Of a stretch of 64,000 bases of DNA, positions 40,450 through 54,699 are shown piece by piece. The notes beneath the pieces were generated by a model, which saw nothing but the letters and a program-made list of their open reading frames with translations, was not told the origin of the DNA and did no database searches. How positions within the stretch are numbered: position 1 is the stretch's first letter; each line of letters starts with the position of its first letter. The position numbers and the translations under genes were made by a program. Origin of the DNA: Octopus sinensis (lineage: Eukaryota); NCBI RefSeq assembly GCF_006345805.1, contig NC_043003.1, positions 55,552,001-55,616,000 of the forward strand. Reading direction: 5' to 3'.

Positions 40450-41000
40450 CAGAGAACTCAAATGGAAAATTCCTGTAACGTTTGACACATTTTCATTGTA
40501 TAAGGGTTTAGTTTTCGTTGAAAAAAAAAACACAGGAATTCTAGGCTTTTATAGAAACGTGTTGTTAAATTGATGTGAATGTGTTTGCTTTGTTCAGTTT
40601 TGGAGAAACCCATCAATTTTAAGCTTTTGTACGAACATCCTTTGTTATGTAGGCTAGTATTGTAAAGTATGATACGTATCATGATGTATACAAGACACTC
40701 GTCAATTCCCAGAAACTTGTAAGCTTTCATGTTTAGAAATAGGAGAGATACACAGACCGCTGGTATTCATATTCATTGGCTGTTCAACAATCATTCCTCG
40801 ACTGAATTCCACTGATATACGCCGCTCACATAACAACTAGATCACGTGTTCTAACTATCAGGAATATTCCCTAAATTCTGCCGAAGAATGTGACCAAAAC
40901 AACAACTATAGGAAACATTGAAACATAACTACCTTCCTCGTAATAATTTCTAGAAGGAATTCTACCATGTTTCATCTTTCGAATGTGTTTACACTCTCGT
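40450..41000 (-). mobile_element. Decayed R4/Dong-like RT C-terminal fragment
   Basis: Minus strand KAYKFLGIDE (YKYLGI.E motif); remainder decayed. Confidence 0.4.
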
Positions 41001-41568
41001 ATTTGTTGCTAGTTATCATTTTATTCGATATTTTATTCCAAATTATTTAGGCCTCACGGAATGTAATTTCACTGTGGAAATATCCCATCTTCAATTACTA
41101 TTTTGTAGCTATAAGTCTTCCGTCCATATATCGATAATCATCGTTAATACGAACGCCATTTACAATCTGTTGTACAGCTGTAGTTTTAGGAACAAATCTT
41201 CTCATGTACTACTTACTCTGTTCGTTTTCCTTTGTCGTGTTTGTTTTCTTCCTTATTTCTTATATGTATTCAGGTGCTTCTGTTTATTTTCACATGCAAT
41301 CGGTGATGTGTCTAGACCATACCATACATTACATCGTGAGAAGTTTTGCAGTTTCAGTGATTAAATATGTCAAGTACTAGAATTCTGAATTTTAAATTCG
41401 GTTTTGTTTATCACTTTAAGACGTACATTCATACACACATACATGGCATTATACAAACATACAAATCTAGATAACGAGATAGATATAGATAGATAGACAG
41501 ATAGATACATTGAAGTCCCTATTAATATATTTACATAAAGATGTATCAATGCATATATTTATGCACAG

Positions 41569-41601
<33 letters not shown>

Positions 41602-42178
41602 TAAAAATATATTTATATGTGTATGTATATGCATGTACTTATATATGTATTTATGTAACTGTATACATTTGTGTGTGTGTATATATATATATATCCACAC
41701 ACACACATACATGCATACATACATACACCTATAAATACTTAAGAATATGGATTCAGGTCCAAAGCTATAGACACACGCATGTAAACACACACGTCTGTTT
41801 GCGTTCTTGCATTATATACAAAAACGTACATATCTACGTTAGTATATAGATCGGTGCAGAGCTCGAGAGATTGATTGATACAATGTGAAAGTTGATGGTG
41901 CACTCACCTTTCATATAATAAGAGTGAACTTTCGAAGACTTTGATGTCTTCATTCGAGCCGTCTAGACCTCTAAGCACAAATCATTTAGTTACCGGTGTG
42001 TATTGTTTACCTATTGATTATATACAAACGCGTGTGTATATGTGAATGTGTGGGTGTGTATGAATATATCTATTCTATATCAATATGTATGAATACACAT
42101 GCACACACGCATACTCACGCATGCACATACACACAAACGAACGTGTATATATGTGTGTGTATATATATATATAATATA

Positions 42179-42241
<63 letters not shown>

Positions 42242-42355
42242 GTATGTATATATAAGCATTTTTGTATATTTTTATTTCTACATGACTAATTGAAAGAAAA
42301 TGGAAAATGCCACAAATATTTATATTGATCTGCTCTACGTATATATGTGTGTATA

Positions 42356-42391
<36 letters not shown>

Positions 42392-42409
42392 TGTATGTAT
42401 ATATGTATG

Positions 42410-42460
<51 letters not shown>

Positions 42461-42819
42461 GGGTGTGTTTGTTTGTGTTTCTGTGTGTGTATGTATTATC
42501 ATATATACGTGTGTATGCGCGCGCGTGTGTATATATGACGGGCGAAAGGCAGAAGCCGAAAACGAAAGGTTGATGGTGCGTGCAAAGGGAAGGAAAATGG
42601 CAGCAGTCAACTGAATGAAGAAAAGGGAGTAAAGGCGGACGAGACCCAAGTGCACAAAACAAAGATATATGCAAGACAAAATATAGTTATCGATAAAAAG
42701 ATGTAAGCGATGTGGATAAGTATAGCTGTATATGTTCATATGAACACACAGACACACACATATTAGTACACAGGGTGCGATGGGTAAATAGTCGCCTTTC
42801 AATATTTTTCATTTCGTAA

Positions 42820-43230
42820 TGTGGCGAAATGCTTAGCTTTATTTTGTCTGTACGTTCTGTGTTCAAATTCCACTGAGGTCGACTTTGCTTATCATCCTTT
42901 CAGAGTCGATAAATTAGTACCAGGTTCGTACTGGTGTCGATCTAATCGACTAGCCTCCCCCTTCAAAATTTCAGCCCTTGTGCCTAGAGTAGAAATAAAA
43001 TTCTAATTTCGTTAGGTGGCGAACTAGCAGAAACGTTAATACCCCGGGCGAAATGCTTTGCAGTATTTTGTCTGTTTTTACGTTCTAAGTTCAAATTCCG
43101 CCGAGGTCGACTTTGTCTTTCATCTTTTCGGGGTCCACAAATTAAATACCAGTTTCGTACTGGAATCGATCTAATCCACATTCCCCCCTTCCCCAAAATT
43201 TAGGCCCTTGTGCCAAGTAGAGAAAAGAAT
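42820..43230 (+). mobile_element. Two tandem copies of the SINE family seen at 11455 and 51656
   Basis: Each contains gttcaaattcc..gaggtcgactttg..ttcatc.ttt and ends ...gcccttgtgcc.agtagaaa. Confidence 0.85.
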
Positions 43231-43319
43231 ATTTTTATGCTTTTATTTTCGTGCATGCACATTGAATGATTTTCTTTATTTTGTCGACTACATATAATAG
43301 TAAGATCAGTTGGGTACCT

Positions 43320-43655
43320 AGAGGAGGTAACGCTTCTCTGCATGAAGAGGGTGGCTGGTGGATGGCCCTATGGCTAGCAACAGGACTCTGCACCATGCCA
43401 CACATGCAGGAGAACCCATTCCTGGCTGTCAGACAATTTCTACGACCATATCACCTCTAAATTCTGGCCACTATTCACCCTAGACTGCAACCCCCTTGAT
43501 TATTATGTGTGGGTCGCAGTTGATCGACAGAACAACAACACTCCTTGTAATGCCAACTTAAGCAATGAGACAGACCAGAAAAGTTGCAGGAGATTACGAA
43601 GTCGTCTGGAGGCCTGGTTGAAGCCAATGGCGATTTTATTGAATGCATTTACTCA
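43320..43655 (+). mobile_element. IS630-Tc1-mariner (DD37D/maT-like) transposase C-terminal fragment
   Basis: QQDSAPCHTCRRTHSWLSDNFYDH..FWPLFTLDCNPLDYYVW..RSRLEA..EANGDFIE. Confidence 0.85.
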
Positions 43656-43767
43656 TTAGCATTGCGAGATACTTTTATGTAACTCTGGTAAATATATCTG
43701 TTAAATGTGTCAGTGCTATTTACAGATTTGCGTAATTTACAAGACAATATTTTCACAGCAACTTCTA

Positions 43768-43768
43768 C

Positions 43769-43862
<94 letters not shown>

Positions 43863-43895
43863 ATCTATCTATCTATCAATTAATCTATCTACCTA
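43768..43895. repeat. (ATCT)n microsatellite
   Basis: Seen directly. Confidence 0.96.
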
Positions 43896-43962
43896 TCTAT
43901 CTATCTCTCATCTCTTTATCTCTCCCTATTTCTCTCTCTCTATCTATTTCTCTTTCTCTCTC

Positions 43963-44007
<45 letters not shown>

Positions 44008-44015
44008 ATAAATAT

Positions 44016-44069
<54 letters not shown>

Positions 44070-45429
44070 ATATATATATGTATATAGGTAGATAGATAGA
44101 TAGATCGCTAAATGTGATGCTAACAGCTTAAATATGCTCTCTAATTCTATACTAAACTACCGCATTTTATATAACGCGATTCCGACTAATTTTACGCCTG
44201 ATAAACTGATATATTGCTATACGCTTGATATGTGTGCGTGTGTATATATGTGTAATTATTCATGTATCTACACGTATGTGCCTGTATGTATACATTGACG
44301 TTAGAAAACCAATTATCAGTTATTCCGTTTCATTTAATCATATTCCAGTCAATAATTTCTGCGAAGGAATTTAGGAGTTATTTTTTCTTTGCCCACAGTC
44401 AAAATGTATATACTTCTATTCTTTTATTTTCACTAATTTACTACTATTATTTTTTTTTTCATGATTCAAAACTAACGCCATGCTGAAAACTATCCTTCCT
44501 TCTGTATTAGATATATATATATATATATATAATACACTCGTTCTTCTTTCTCGAATGTCCTTCTCATTCTCTTGTGCCGATTCCATTTTTATGAATCAAG
44601 GAATTTAGTATAAGATATTTTTCTATTTTTTTATATCTGCAACGTTTGGCTGACGCTTAATCTCTGTTGATACACATATGTGTGTGAGTATGTATGTATG
44701 TGTGTATGTATATATCTATATATATCTATGTGTGTGTGTGTATGTGTGTGTGTGTGTGTCTGTGTATGTGTGTATGTATGCATTTCTGTGCCTATGGACA
44801 TTTTTCTAATGTATCGGAGTTTTTTTTTGTTTAGTTACTTAAGCATTTCAAAAAGGATTTATATCTCTAGGCCTTTAAATTATTAAAGATTGCAGAATAA
44901 CTTACTGTTGCGAACCTTTGTGAAAATGAGTATTAGAGAATAACAGTCCAACCTGTCTTTGTTCTTTGTCATTTCAAGTTTTCAAAGGAATCCCCCACAT
45001 GGCATTATGTGATCGTAGATTTCATAACACTATTGCAAAGTGTAGAATATTAGTTATTCTTGTTTCATCATTGTGTAACTCCTAAGATAAAAGAGTTTCA
45101 GCCAATGAAGTTCAACTGATACCTACATACAGAAATATATAAAGACATCCATCCATACTTAGGCATACATATATGTAGCTGTTTCAGTAAAAGCCGTTAT
45201 TGCTTCCTATAAATAGATGATAAATTAAGTGTTGTAGAATACGAACGTTTAACGGTAGACTTATTCAATATTCAATCGCACTTTAGGGTAGAAAATTGTC
45301 TTAAATTTTAAACTGTCGCGGTGAATAATCTTGCAAATAAAAGTTTACATAAAGAATGTTATATTCAGTTTAATATTTGGCCCATAATAATAAAATGAAG
45401 TCTCATTATTACGAGTGATAGAAGTGGGA

Positions 45430-46700
45430 TCCCTCACCGTAGTAGATGATTTATACAAAGGCATATATTTAGCACGTGTAGAATTGCTATACATACAACG
45501 ATTAATATTTGAAATTCCACAGTTATTTTTATTACTTCTAATCTTTGGATTGCAAAATATCCTTTTAGATTCGGATGTGCAGTAGACATGTCCATTATTA
45601 GGTTTTGCATACCATATGGCATAACAATCATAGTTTGCGAAAAAATATGGTTTGTCAATGAGAGATTTTGTGTTTTTTTTGTTTTTGATTTTTTATATTT
45701 GGAAGAAATAATTGTATTTTTATGGGAAAAGGAGGAAGAGCGATAGCATTTAATTCTGTCATTAGGAACATTCAATGTTTGCCCAGAAGGAAACTTTATT
45801 CATATACTTATAATGTTTAGCCACATCTTTACAAGAGGGATTGATATTACTAAGTTAATAATCTGAACGACTCGCAGTTTAAGTTTACTATTGTTCATAT
45901 ATTATATTTCCTTGCCGTAACCTCATCGTATTAAAGCATCATCCCATTAAGCTGAAACATTATGAAATATTTTACGTTAACTGATTTATAAGAAATTATA
46001 ATTGATATATTTTTAACTAAATGCTTTCTAATGGATCAAGAATTATTCAATCTATTATTTATCCAGTGAAGAATATCATTAGGTTTATGATTAGGATAAT
46101 ATAGATGTGAATATAAATTAAGAGCCGTATGAGGAAAGGCAACAATTTTGGTACTCCTCTCGAAGCTAATTGTTACATTATAAGTTCTAAAATTGAAAGA
46201 ACGATTAACGATATTTAATCATCAAGGTGTCGACCAACGCCCTAAGCTATGGAAAATGTTCTATAAAATACAATCACGATAGCAGCATGATTTGGTCAAT
46301 TACATAACATATTTTAAAAATATGACATGTAGATTCTCTAGTCCAACAATTGTCACTGAAAAATGTAATTTCGCTATTGGCTACTAAAATATCATCTATT
46401 TCTATAGAAGTTAAATAATATCATTCTAGCGAAGTCAAGGGCTTGGATAAGCAGGATTAGGAAAATGGAAGAATGATAACAGAAATTATCAAGTTAAAGG
46501 AAATATTATTTTTCTGTTTTCTAGATTACATCAACAATGTTATTACAAGAAATTGCTTAAAAATATTTCTTGAAAGTAGGTATTACCGTATTTATTATAT
46601 TTGCCAATTTTACCCAAGCCAGACTTCGATGATCTCATTAATCTAATAGAAGCATTTTCAAGAGATTCTCTATTACGGACCATCATAAACTAAGTGAAGA
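45430..46700 (-). mobile_element. Penelope-like element (Neptune-type) RT + GIY-YIG remnant
   Basis: Minus strand IRLMRSSKSGLGKIGK (VRLINP.KS.IG.ISK) at ~46600-46650; LIQALDFARM at ~46425-46450; GIY-YIG C-terminal-like fragments at 45430-45730. Confidence 0.7.
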
Positions 46701-47042
46701 GTTCTTAGTTTTAAATGTTTCGTCCAAATCCTTCAAACGACTAAGCGCACTGAAAGTCAAATTATGATGGACTATATCTAATTCTTAAACCAATTTTTGT
46801 CTAAATACACATCACGTTTGCTCTACCCCTCGCAGATGAGGTCTTATTTGGTTCATAACGCCTGCAGGGTACATGCAAGTAATGCCAAACAGATTTTAAA
46901 TTAACTCTCCATCAACATCCCCGCCACACTGGACACAAAAAAGTGCCCCTTTCGTTCATTTCATACGTACAAATACACACATATACGTACATGGATGAAT
47001 ACTCAAACACAAGCACATATATATGTTTTTTGTGTGTACACA

Positions 47043-47078
<36 letters not shown>

Positions 47079-47279
47079 AGTAAAGGAATAAAAGAAGTAA
47101 AAAGAAGCATCAAATTTACAGTTCAAATTTCCGATCATGTAGAATTAAGTCCGCAAGTCCTTAGGTGCAATCTTGCATAAGTGCATATAGGTTAAAGTCC
47201 TGATAGTGTAAATATCCAGAAAAAAGACGCGGACACATCAACGTACAATAACAGAATGGTAGCAGACGTGGCTATTAAG

Positions 47280-47850
47280 TGGTAAAAAGAAAGACTAATA
47301 AAGAAATATATAGAAAAAGAGGTAGATAGAGTGAGGGAGGAAGTTAAGGATTGGCGTTAAGGATAGAATAACGTATTTAAAAATATATTGTCTAAGTATA
47401 TAGTGTGCAAAGATATCTAAGAAATTAACAGAATGGAGGAGGAGGTAAATGAGGATAACGTAAAAAAAACATAAAATTAACAAAATAGAGCAAAATGAAA
47501 AGAATTTAAAGTTAATAGTAGGTGCCACGGGTATTCTTCTAGTTTATAGGGGTTGGGGACGAAATCTAGTAGTAAATGCTTGTATCCGTTCTGGCTAAGG
47601 TCAGAGGTTGTAGATTCATATTTAGCAATGGGGTTATAGGTGTGTAGGCAGAGATGAATGGAGGAGAGATTAGTTGAATGTTAAATTATTTAGGCGTAGG
47701 AGTTAGAATTAAATATAAGATTTATTGGGTTAAGGTTTAAAAATAAATTAACACATTAATATATACCTTATAAAGTGATGTGGTAAGGTTGATAGAAGAG
47801 ATATAGAGGGTATGTGCTAATTATAATGGTGGTTTGTATGTTGGTGTTGT
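47280..47850 (-). mobile_element. Probable Penelope-like element 3' end, inverted relative to the adjacent plus-strand RT fragment
   Basis: YKHLLLDFVPNPYKL resembles a PLE ORF terminus (CRH..K.LL), followed by a pyrimidine-rich UTR. Confidence 0.4.
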
Positions 47851-47914
47851 TCGAGGGTGTTACATGTGTGTTATTCTTTGATATAACGATAGGCTCAGCC
47901 GACTCCTCTCGGGT

Positions 47915-48800
47915 CACAGAACTAGTTGAACTGTGTCTCCTTCAGCTTCACACACAATTACCCCACATCAAATGAGATTTATATAGAGATGATGCATTTT
48001 TAATTGCTACTAGCCTAACAAAATCTGAATTAGATAAACTTGAAAGCCCCTACATAAATTCTTCGCCAACCTATCTATCACTTTTGAAAAGTCTTAGAGA
48101 AAGAAAATGTTCTAGGTGTTACATTAGATTTAAACTTTTCACTATCCTTGCCGTATCATGAATCCAATCAATACGTTAAGTATATCAACACTGAATCTAG
48201 CCACCATAAATCTACTTTCGAGTGCATAATCTAAGACATATGCATCAGAATATCCGATCTATCCGCTACTAAGGAAATCCTCAGTAATTACGCCAATTAT
48301 TACAACCATGCTCTAGCTCCTAGAGGTTTCTTCCAGAAGCTTAGATTTATACCCAACTTAAGGAACACCTCTCGAAACTTAGCCATAGACAAACGCACAC
48401 CAATAATGGAAAGCCAAACCTTCCTACTACGATCAAACAATATCGCTCACCTAAGCAACCACACACATAACATTCAATCTATGAATACTAATACTAATAC
48501 TAAACCTTGCAAATCTCTTCTAACTAGGAATTACACCGCCCCAAACTTGCCTAATGAAAGAGGCGGGGTATCTATTCTCTGGTATACACCCCCATTCTCT
48601 TTACACTTTAACAGCCTCACCAAAGCTTTCGTTAAAATAGTACAATCTAAATTCCAATGTAACCACAAGTAGCATTCTCTCTTTAACAGATCCACTTTTA
48701 AATTATCCTATTCCTCTACTCAAAATACAGAATTTGTTACCACCTCATCTAACAAACGTAACCTTAGCTCTTACTATCTAAATGCATACAATCCTACCAT
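47915..48800 (+). mobile_element. Penelope-like element RT C-terminus and linker, decayed
   Basis: VTELVELCLL..DLYRDDAFL (YRDD catalytic motif ~47976-48000); VLGVTLDL..PYHESNQ..YINTESSH; ILWYTPPFS..LFNRSTFKLSYS. Confidence 0.85.
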
Positions 48801-48999
48801 AGACCCACAAAAGGAAAATACTAACACCGCTCACAATAAAATATCAAGTAGCCCGGGCCCTACCACTTTAAATAACTTAAACGTAAATAATATAGGCCCC
48901 CACTTCAGAGGGTAACAGACGCACAGCTGAAGCCGCTGCAAACATTAATAGGCACACTGATACTAACAATACTAAGATTATAAATACTGCAACTAATAA

Positions 49000-49169
49000 T
49001 GCCTATACAACAACCAGTAATAGGTCTAGCAATAATACTGATACTAGCACCAACGGCAATATTACCAATAATGCTATTACTGCCAGTGCTGCTGCTACTG
49101 CTACCACTGCTGCGGCTGTTGCTGCTGTTACTACTACTACTACTACTACTACTAGTAGTAGTAGTAGTA

Positions 49170-49250
<81 letters not shown>

Positions 49251-49256
49251 TAATAA

Positions 49257-49315
<59 letters not shown>

Positions 49316-49362
49316 TAATAATAATAAAATAATAATAATAATAATAATATAATAATAATAAT

Positions 49363-49400
<38 letters not shown>

Positions 49401-49430
49401 AATAATATAATAATAATAATAATAATAATG
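49000..49430. repeat. Compound trinucleotide repeat (CTG/CTA/TAG/AAT)n
   Basis: Seen directly; source of the poly-L/V/I ORF. Confidence 0.95.
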
Positions 49431-49481
49431 TTCGTCTGGTATGTTGATTGTGTTCATTCATTATAAATCTTGAATTATGCT

Positions 49482-49542
49482 TGCACTGATGAGTAAATAG
49501 TGCACACCACTGCGCTGATTACGAGATCACAGGCGATCTGTA
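49482..49542 (+). ncRNA. Type I hammerhead ribozyme motif with one core substitution
   Basis: Stem I tgca/tgta; CTGATGA 49486-92; stem II gtaaatagtgc/gcgctgattac (one mismatch); GAGA in place of GAAA at 49523-26; stem III ATC/GAT; C17 at 49538. Confidence 0.6.
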
Positions 49543-49696
49543 CCTGAACTCTGCTTTTAAGTGACTTGTTTCGAGAGTTGCATTCGGTACAATATGTTTT
49601 TTTTATTTTAGTAATTTTGACTTTAAGAGTCCCTCCTAGCGTGTGGCATTTATGTGTAATAATGTCCTCATTAATATATATATATATATATAATAT

Positions 49697-49744
<48 letters not shown>

Positions 49745-49820
49745 CGTGCGTATGTATATATATGTATATGTATACATATATATATATATATATGTATATA
49801 TGTATATATTTATATATTTA

Positions 49821-49907
<87 letters not shown>

Positions 49908-50158
49908 AATCATTACATGATGCGCTAAAGGACAAATATAAGGAAATCTAGGAGCACATTTATAAACTCCGCTTGTGAAATGTATACACAGCAATGTTAA
50001 CGTACAGCATAATTTTATAAGAGATGAACAGTACAAAATAGAAGTGGAAATAACAAAGAGAATAAATAAATAACAGAGCTGTTTAAAAATGTTCATTTCT
50101 ACATTAGCTGTAGCAGCGCATTATATACACTAATAACTATTATTATATTGTTGTATAG

Positions 50159-50201
<43 letters not shown>

Positions 50202-50242
50202 ATAATATATATATATGTACGCTCATTCCAAGAGTTGAGGAA

Positions 50243-50274
<32 letters not shown>

Positions 50275-51237
50275 AGAGAGAGACTATACTCTTACATGTA
50301 TTTTATACTCATTTACTACAAATAGTAATTTTGATATATCATGTTTGTGAGCAATATTTAAAGTATCTAATAAAACGGGAACATAAATAAACCGATATTT
50401 TGTAGGCAATTAGTAATTTGGCAAATGATATAGATATTTTACTGAAAACATGAAAAATAAAATACGAAATTATTAATGCCATATAATACAACGAAGCAGA
50501 TAATATCAAAGTTCAGCAGAATGCTGATAATAACAAACGCTAATACTAATCAGTAATTGTCGATATAAGATCAGTCAGATAAATTAGAATAATTGATTAA
50601 GTTTGAACAATTGATTAAATATATATAAGTATGATGGCCTGGGCGAATGTAGCAATACTGGGTTATAATAATGATGATATATCGATGTAAAAAATATAAA
50701 ATTTAATAATGTTATGTATATCATAATCATTTGTAAATAGACTATTGTTAATGTCATATGTACTTGAGAAAAGATATATGTGTATATATGGTTACGATAG
50801 AAATATGAACATACTTAGGTGAATATAATACAAAAGAGTAAGATCAGCTGCCAGGTATAATCAAATTGTTGATGAATAAAGTTAAATTAAAGTAACAATG
50901 GGGAGTTACTACTTGTAAACCCTATTTTAATTTTATTATATAAAACCATTATGATTCTTAATACTTCTAAGTAGATTTAACCAAGTATTTGCATTTACTT
51001 GTATTAATATCAATATTTGTTAGAATCGAACAAGCTACTGTTCATACAGACACTGTCCTATATCATCTTAATCACAACTATAACAATGAATTGTGTTGTG
51101 TATTAAAACCACGAAATTTCATGCTTGCACTGAAAGGCGTTTTTATATGTTCATTACTTAATGTACTTCGATTTGCCCTGAAAATCTCAAGGGCTTCACG
51201 AGTACATAATTAACAATTTTTCTTGTTTAGTTTAACT

Positions 51238-51484
51238 CAGTGGTTTTCAAAGTGAGCGGTATTGCTACTCTGGAAGCGGCGGAAAGTAAATTGGAGCCGT
51301 TAACGAGGTGGCCAAAAACAATCAAATAATAGGTTAATTAGGTGAAGTTTTATTTATGAAATACAGTTATTTTGAATTTGATGCAGAAAGTGGTCTACAT
51401 TTGTGGTGGTAAGTGGGTAGCGTGAAAGGAATGTGGGCCGGGTACGAAGTGGGTGGCATCCCTTAAAAAATTTGAGTACCACTG
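51238..51484. mobile_element. hAT (Charlie-like) MITE
   Basis: TIRs cagtggttttcaaa / tttgagtaccactg. TSD not clearly preserved. Confidence 0.7.
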
Positions 51485-51655
51485 GTTTTGTTGTATACAA
51501 AATGTACCGTTTCTTGATACAGTCTATGCCTTAGGTTCTAGATCAATATGTTTTGCAAGCGAGGTTGAGTAATAAAGTTATGAGTTAGAAAAATGAATGA
51601 CGGTGCATATAAACGCTTTTCTTGAAACAGTGGCTGTGAACCCCATGTAATATAT

Positions 51656-51885
51656 TTCTTTACTACCCACAAGGGGCTAAACACAGAGGAGACAAACAAG
51701 GACAGAAAAACGGATTAAATCGACTATATCAACCCCAGTGCGTAACTGGTACTTATTAATCGACCCCGAAAGGATGAAAGGCAAAGTCGACTTGCGCGGA
51801 ATTTGAACTCAGAACGTAACGGCAGACGAAATACGGCTACGCATTTCGCCCGACGTGCTAACGTTTCTGCCAGCTCGCCGCCCTT
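51656..51885 (-). mobile_element. Full-length tRNA-derived SINE with 17-bp target-site duplication
   Basis: TSD aaccccatgtaatatat at 51639-51655 and 51886-51902; body near-identical to 11455-11660. Confidence 0.95.
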
Positions 51886-52254
51886 AACCCCATGTAATAT
51901 ATGTCAGCATATCCTTCGATTACGCTGCATTAGTAAACAATGTTTTTACGCACATATGTGCCATTTAACTTACACCTACCCACTATCCTTCGGTCAGATT
52001 CACAATTATATTCGTACTTTATTAATTATGATTGGTAGAGGAAGTGACTTCATTAATAATGATTCATTATCTAATTACGTATTTCTGAGACTTGAACATA
52101 TTTTGAACATTTAAGCAAAATATTTGTCCGCATATTTAATGTTTTTACATTACATATAACAAATAGTAAACGAACTCTGAATTACACTGGTTATTTTATC
52201 ATCCGATTACAATGTATTTGTTGAAAGTGATAAGGCCATCTTCCAAATAACATA

Positions 52255-52589
52255 TCGTACCACTAAGAGTGTACTGATAAACTTATATACGGCTTCAGAT
52301 CCCTAGCCTGTGTTTGATAGTATGTTATTAGTAATGTATAGTTTCCAATCATTAGATTGGCTAGTTCTAGCAAGCCTTGCTACCCTAGACGGATGACGAG
52401 CAAGACTCAGGAATATGCATGTCTCTAGGTGCAGGCTCTAGCTAGTGGGGATGCTTGTCTCCCGTTCGCAAATATATGGACACAGGAAATGTGTCAAAGC
52501 CGACAGGAAGCATCGATGCTTCCTACGGCTAAATAGCGGTGGTGTGATACCCTTTACGGGACTGCCAGGTTAAGTTGACAGTATACAAC

Positions 52590-52594
<5 letters not shown>
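52255..52594 (+). mobile_element. Diverged second member of the candidate retrozyme family, with inactivated hammerhead
   Basis: Same helix order as 26367-26736: HHR (cctaga-CGGATGA-cgag/ctca-GGAA-tatgcat-GTC-tctagg), gggga..tccc, gacaca/tgtgtc, agccg..aggaagc/gcttcct..cggct, accc/ggg. Ends in (TA)n. Confidence 0.65.
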
Positions 52595-52653
<59 letters not shown>

Positions 52654-53193
52654 TATAACACCAATACAGGCACAGGCACACATTTTTATATATACTGAAT
52701 TTCCGTTTCAATTTATTATTTGTATAGAATATATGAAATGTTCTTTTTTTGTTTTTATGATTCTAAATCTATCAAATTACAATGGTATTTTTTTTCCTAA
52801 TACGCAGAAAATTTGTCGTTTTACGTTTAGATTTGTAAAATTCTTTATAAATTATTCACAAATTTTTCTGTAGATATTTACATGACTGAGCAACATTTGT
52901 GAGGAGAGGTTTTGCGTGTAATAGTAAAGTGATGGATAGAGATTTCTAGATTAAAGAACTGAGAAATAGATACGGTGCAAGTGAAGCGATAGGTGAGAAA
53001 AGCTCCAATGAAGTTTGATGACAGCTGAAGATAAGCATTGACAAAAACCAAAAATTACAGGTAGGGTAAAACGAGAAAGGGTGAGTGGTGACAGGCAAGA
53101 AGTAGAAGGTAAATAGAAAGGAAATAATGAGAAAGGAGGCGAAACTAAATTCGTGCACAATTGTCTAGAAATGTAGATGCTACATAATCGTGC

Positions 53194-53232
<39 letters not shown>

Positions 53233-54699
53233 AGTGTGTGTGTATATGAGGGTAATATGGTTCGTATATACAGAAAGATTTTTGAATATGTGCGCAGAGA
53301 GATATACACATACATTGCCACAAATAAAAAGATGGATACAAATTCGGTCACTTTAATTATTGATCGATCTGTCAATCTATTCCCGCTCTCCTCTCTCCCT
53401 TTCTTTCTCTCTGTCCCTCTCTTTCCTGCTCTCGCTCTCTCCATCTATATAAATAAGTTCACAAAATTGTGTCTATGAATATGAATGTAAGTGAATATCT
53501 GCATATTGCCACAGAGACACCCTGGATGATTGACAAATTTGGGGACAGAAGATTGAATTTCTGAAGAGATAACTGGACCAAACAAGTAATAAGAGAATAT
53601 CATCAACTATGAATCTTTAAGAGCTGGATTTAAAGTAATTTATGGCAATAATTAGAGACAAAAGGCGAGTTTTCAAAAGAATCATTTTATTTCCTGTAAT
53701 ATAAAGTATAATTCTCTTGGCAGTTTAGGAATGACGAAAACCAGAAAGGAGAAAACTGATTCGAAGATTATAGATCCAACCTATCACTGGAACTGCAAAA
53801 ATCTGCAAAACCTTCCAGAAGTTATGATGACATGCATAAGAATACATAAATAATACAAAACATACAACTCTGCACATCTATATACTCTTCAAAAATACCC
53901 TGTTGATGCTGCAATTCCAGTGTGCAATTGTATCTGTTCTAAGCCGTAGTAAGAACTTCAGGCCAGTTAAATTATTTTTTGACATATTTCAACATCTACT
54001 TTGTAAAAGAATCTCTGCTGTTTCCATGGAGGAAGAATTCTTGCTTTTGCTTTTTCTGAATATTTAAACTACCTCGTTAGGAGATAATGAGGAAAGGTAA
54101 CTCTAGTGGATTCTAAAGCCATAGCTTTGCCTTAAAACGAGCAAGAACACTGTTAGACCACCTTTTGGGATTAAAATCAATAGTATCAGCGCTAAGTTAT
54201 AGTGAGTAAGAAATGAATTTTAGATAAGTTAAAATACGTTTTTGATTTATTTCAACTTCTTAATGCAAATTCACTACAGTCAAAACTGAGAAAAGGAGCA
54301 AAACCTGAAACTAATGTAAAACGTGAAAAAACGCCATATCTGATCAATATCTCTCCCTGTCTGACACCCAGACACATTTCTGGCTCCTTAGCCCTCCTCA
54401 TTCGGCGACACCGAAGAGAGATAACACGAATCGATTCTAAATATATTATCGAAAGTATCCAACGATGAATGTTATCTTAAACGTGGTGTAAAATCAGTTA
54501 AAAATTAGATGAATAGTTTATTTGCTGCTATTACAATTGTTTCGTTAACAATTTTTATTGTGACGTAGACATCGTACAGTTAGATGTGCAGTATGCACGA
54601 CATCGGTAGGATTACGTAATATTACTCAACCCTCAAATTCCCAGGCTTGCCAAATAGAAAAGCCAGCAGTAGCAGGTTTATTAATCAACAGATCATCAA

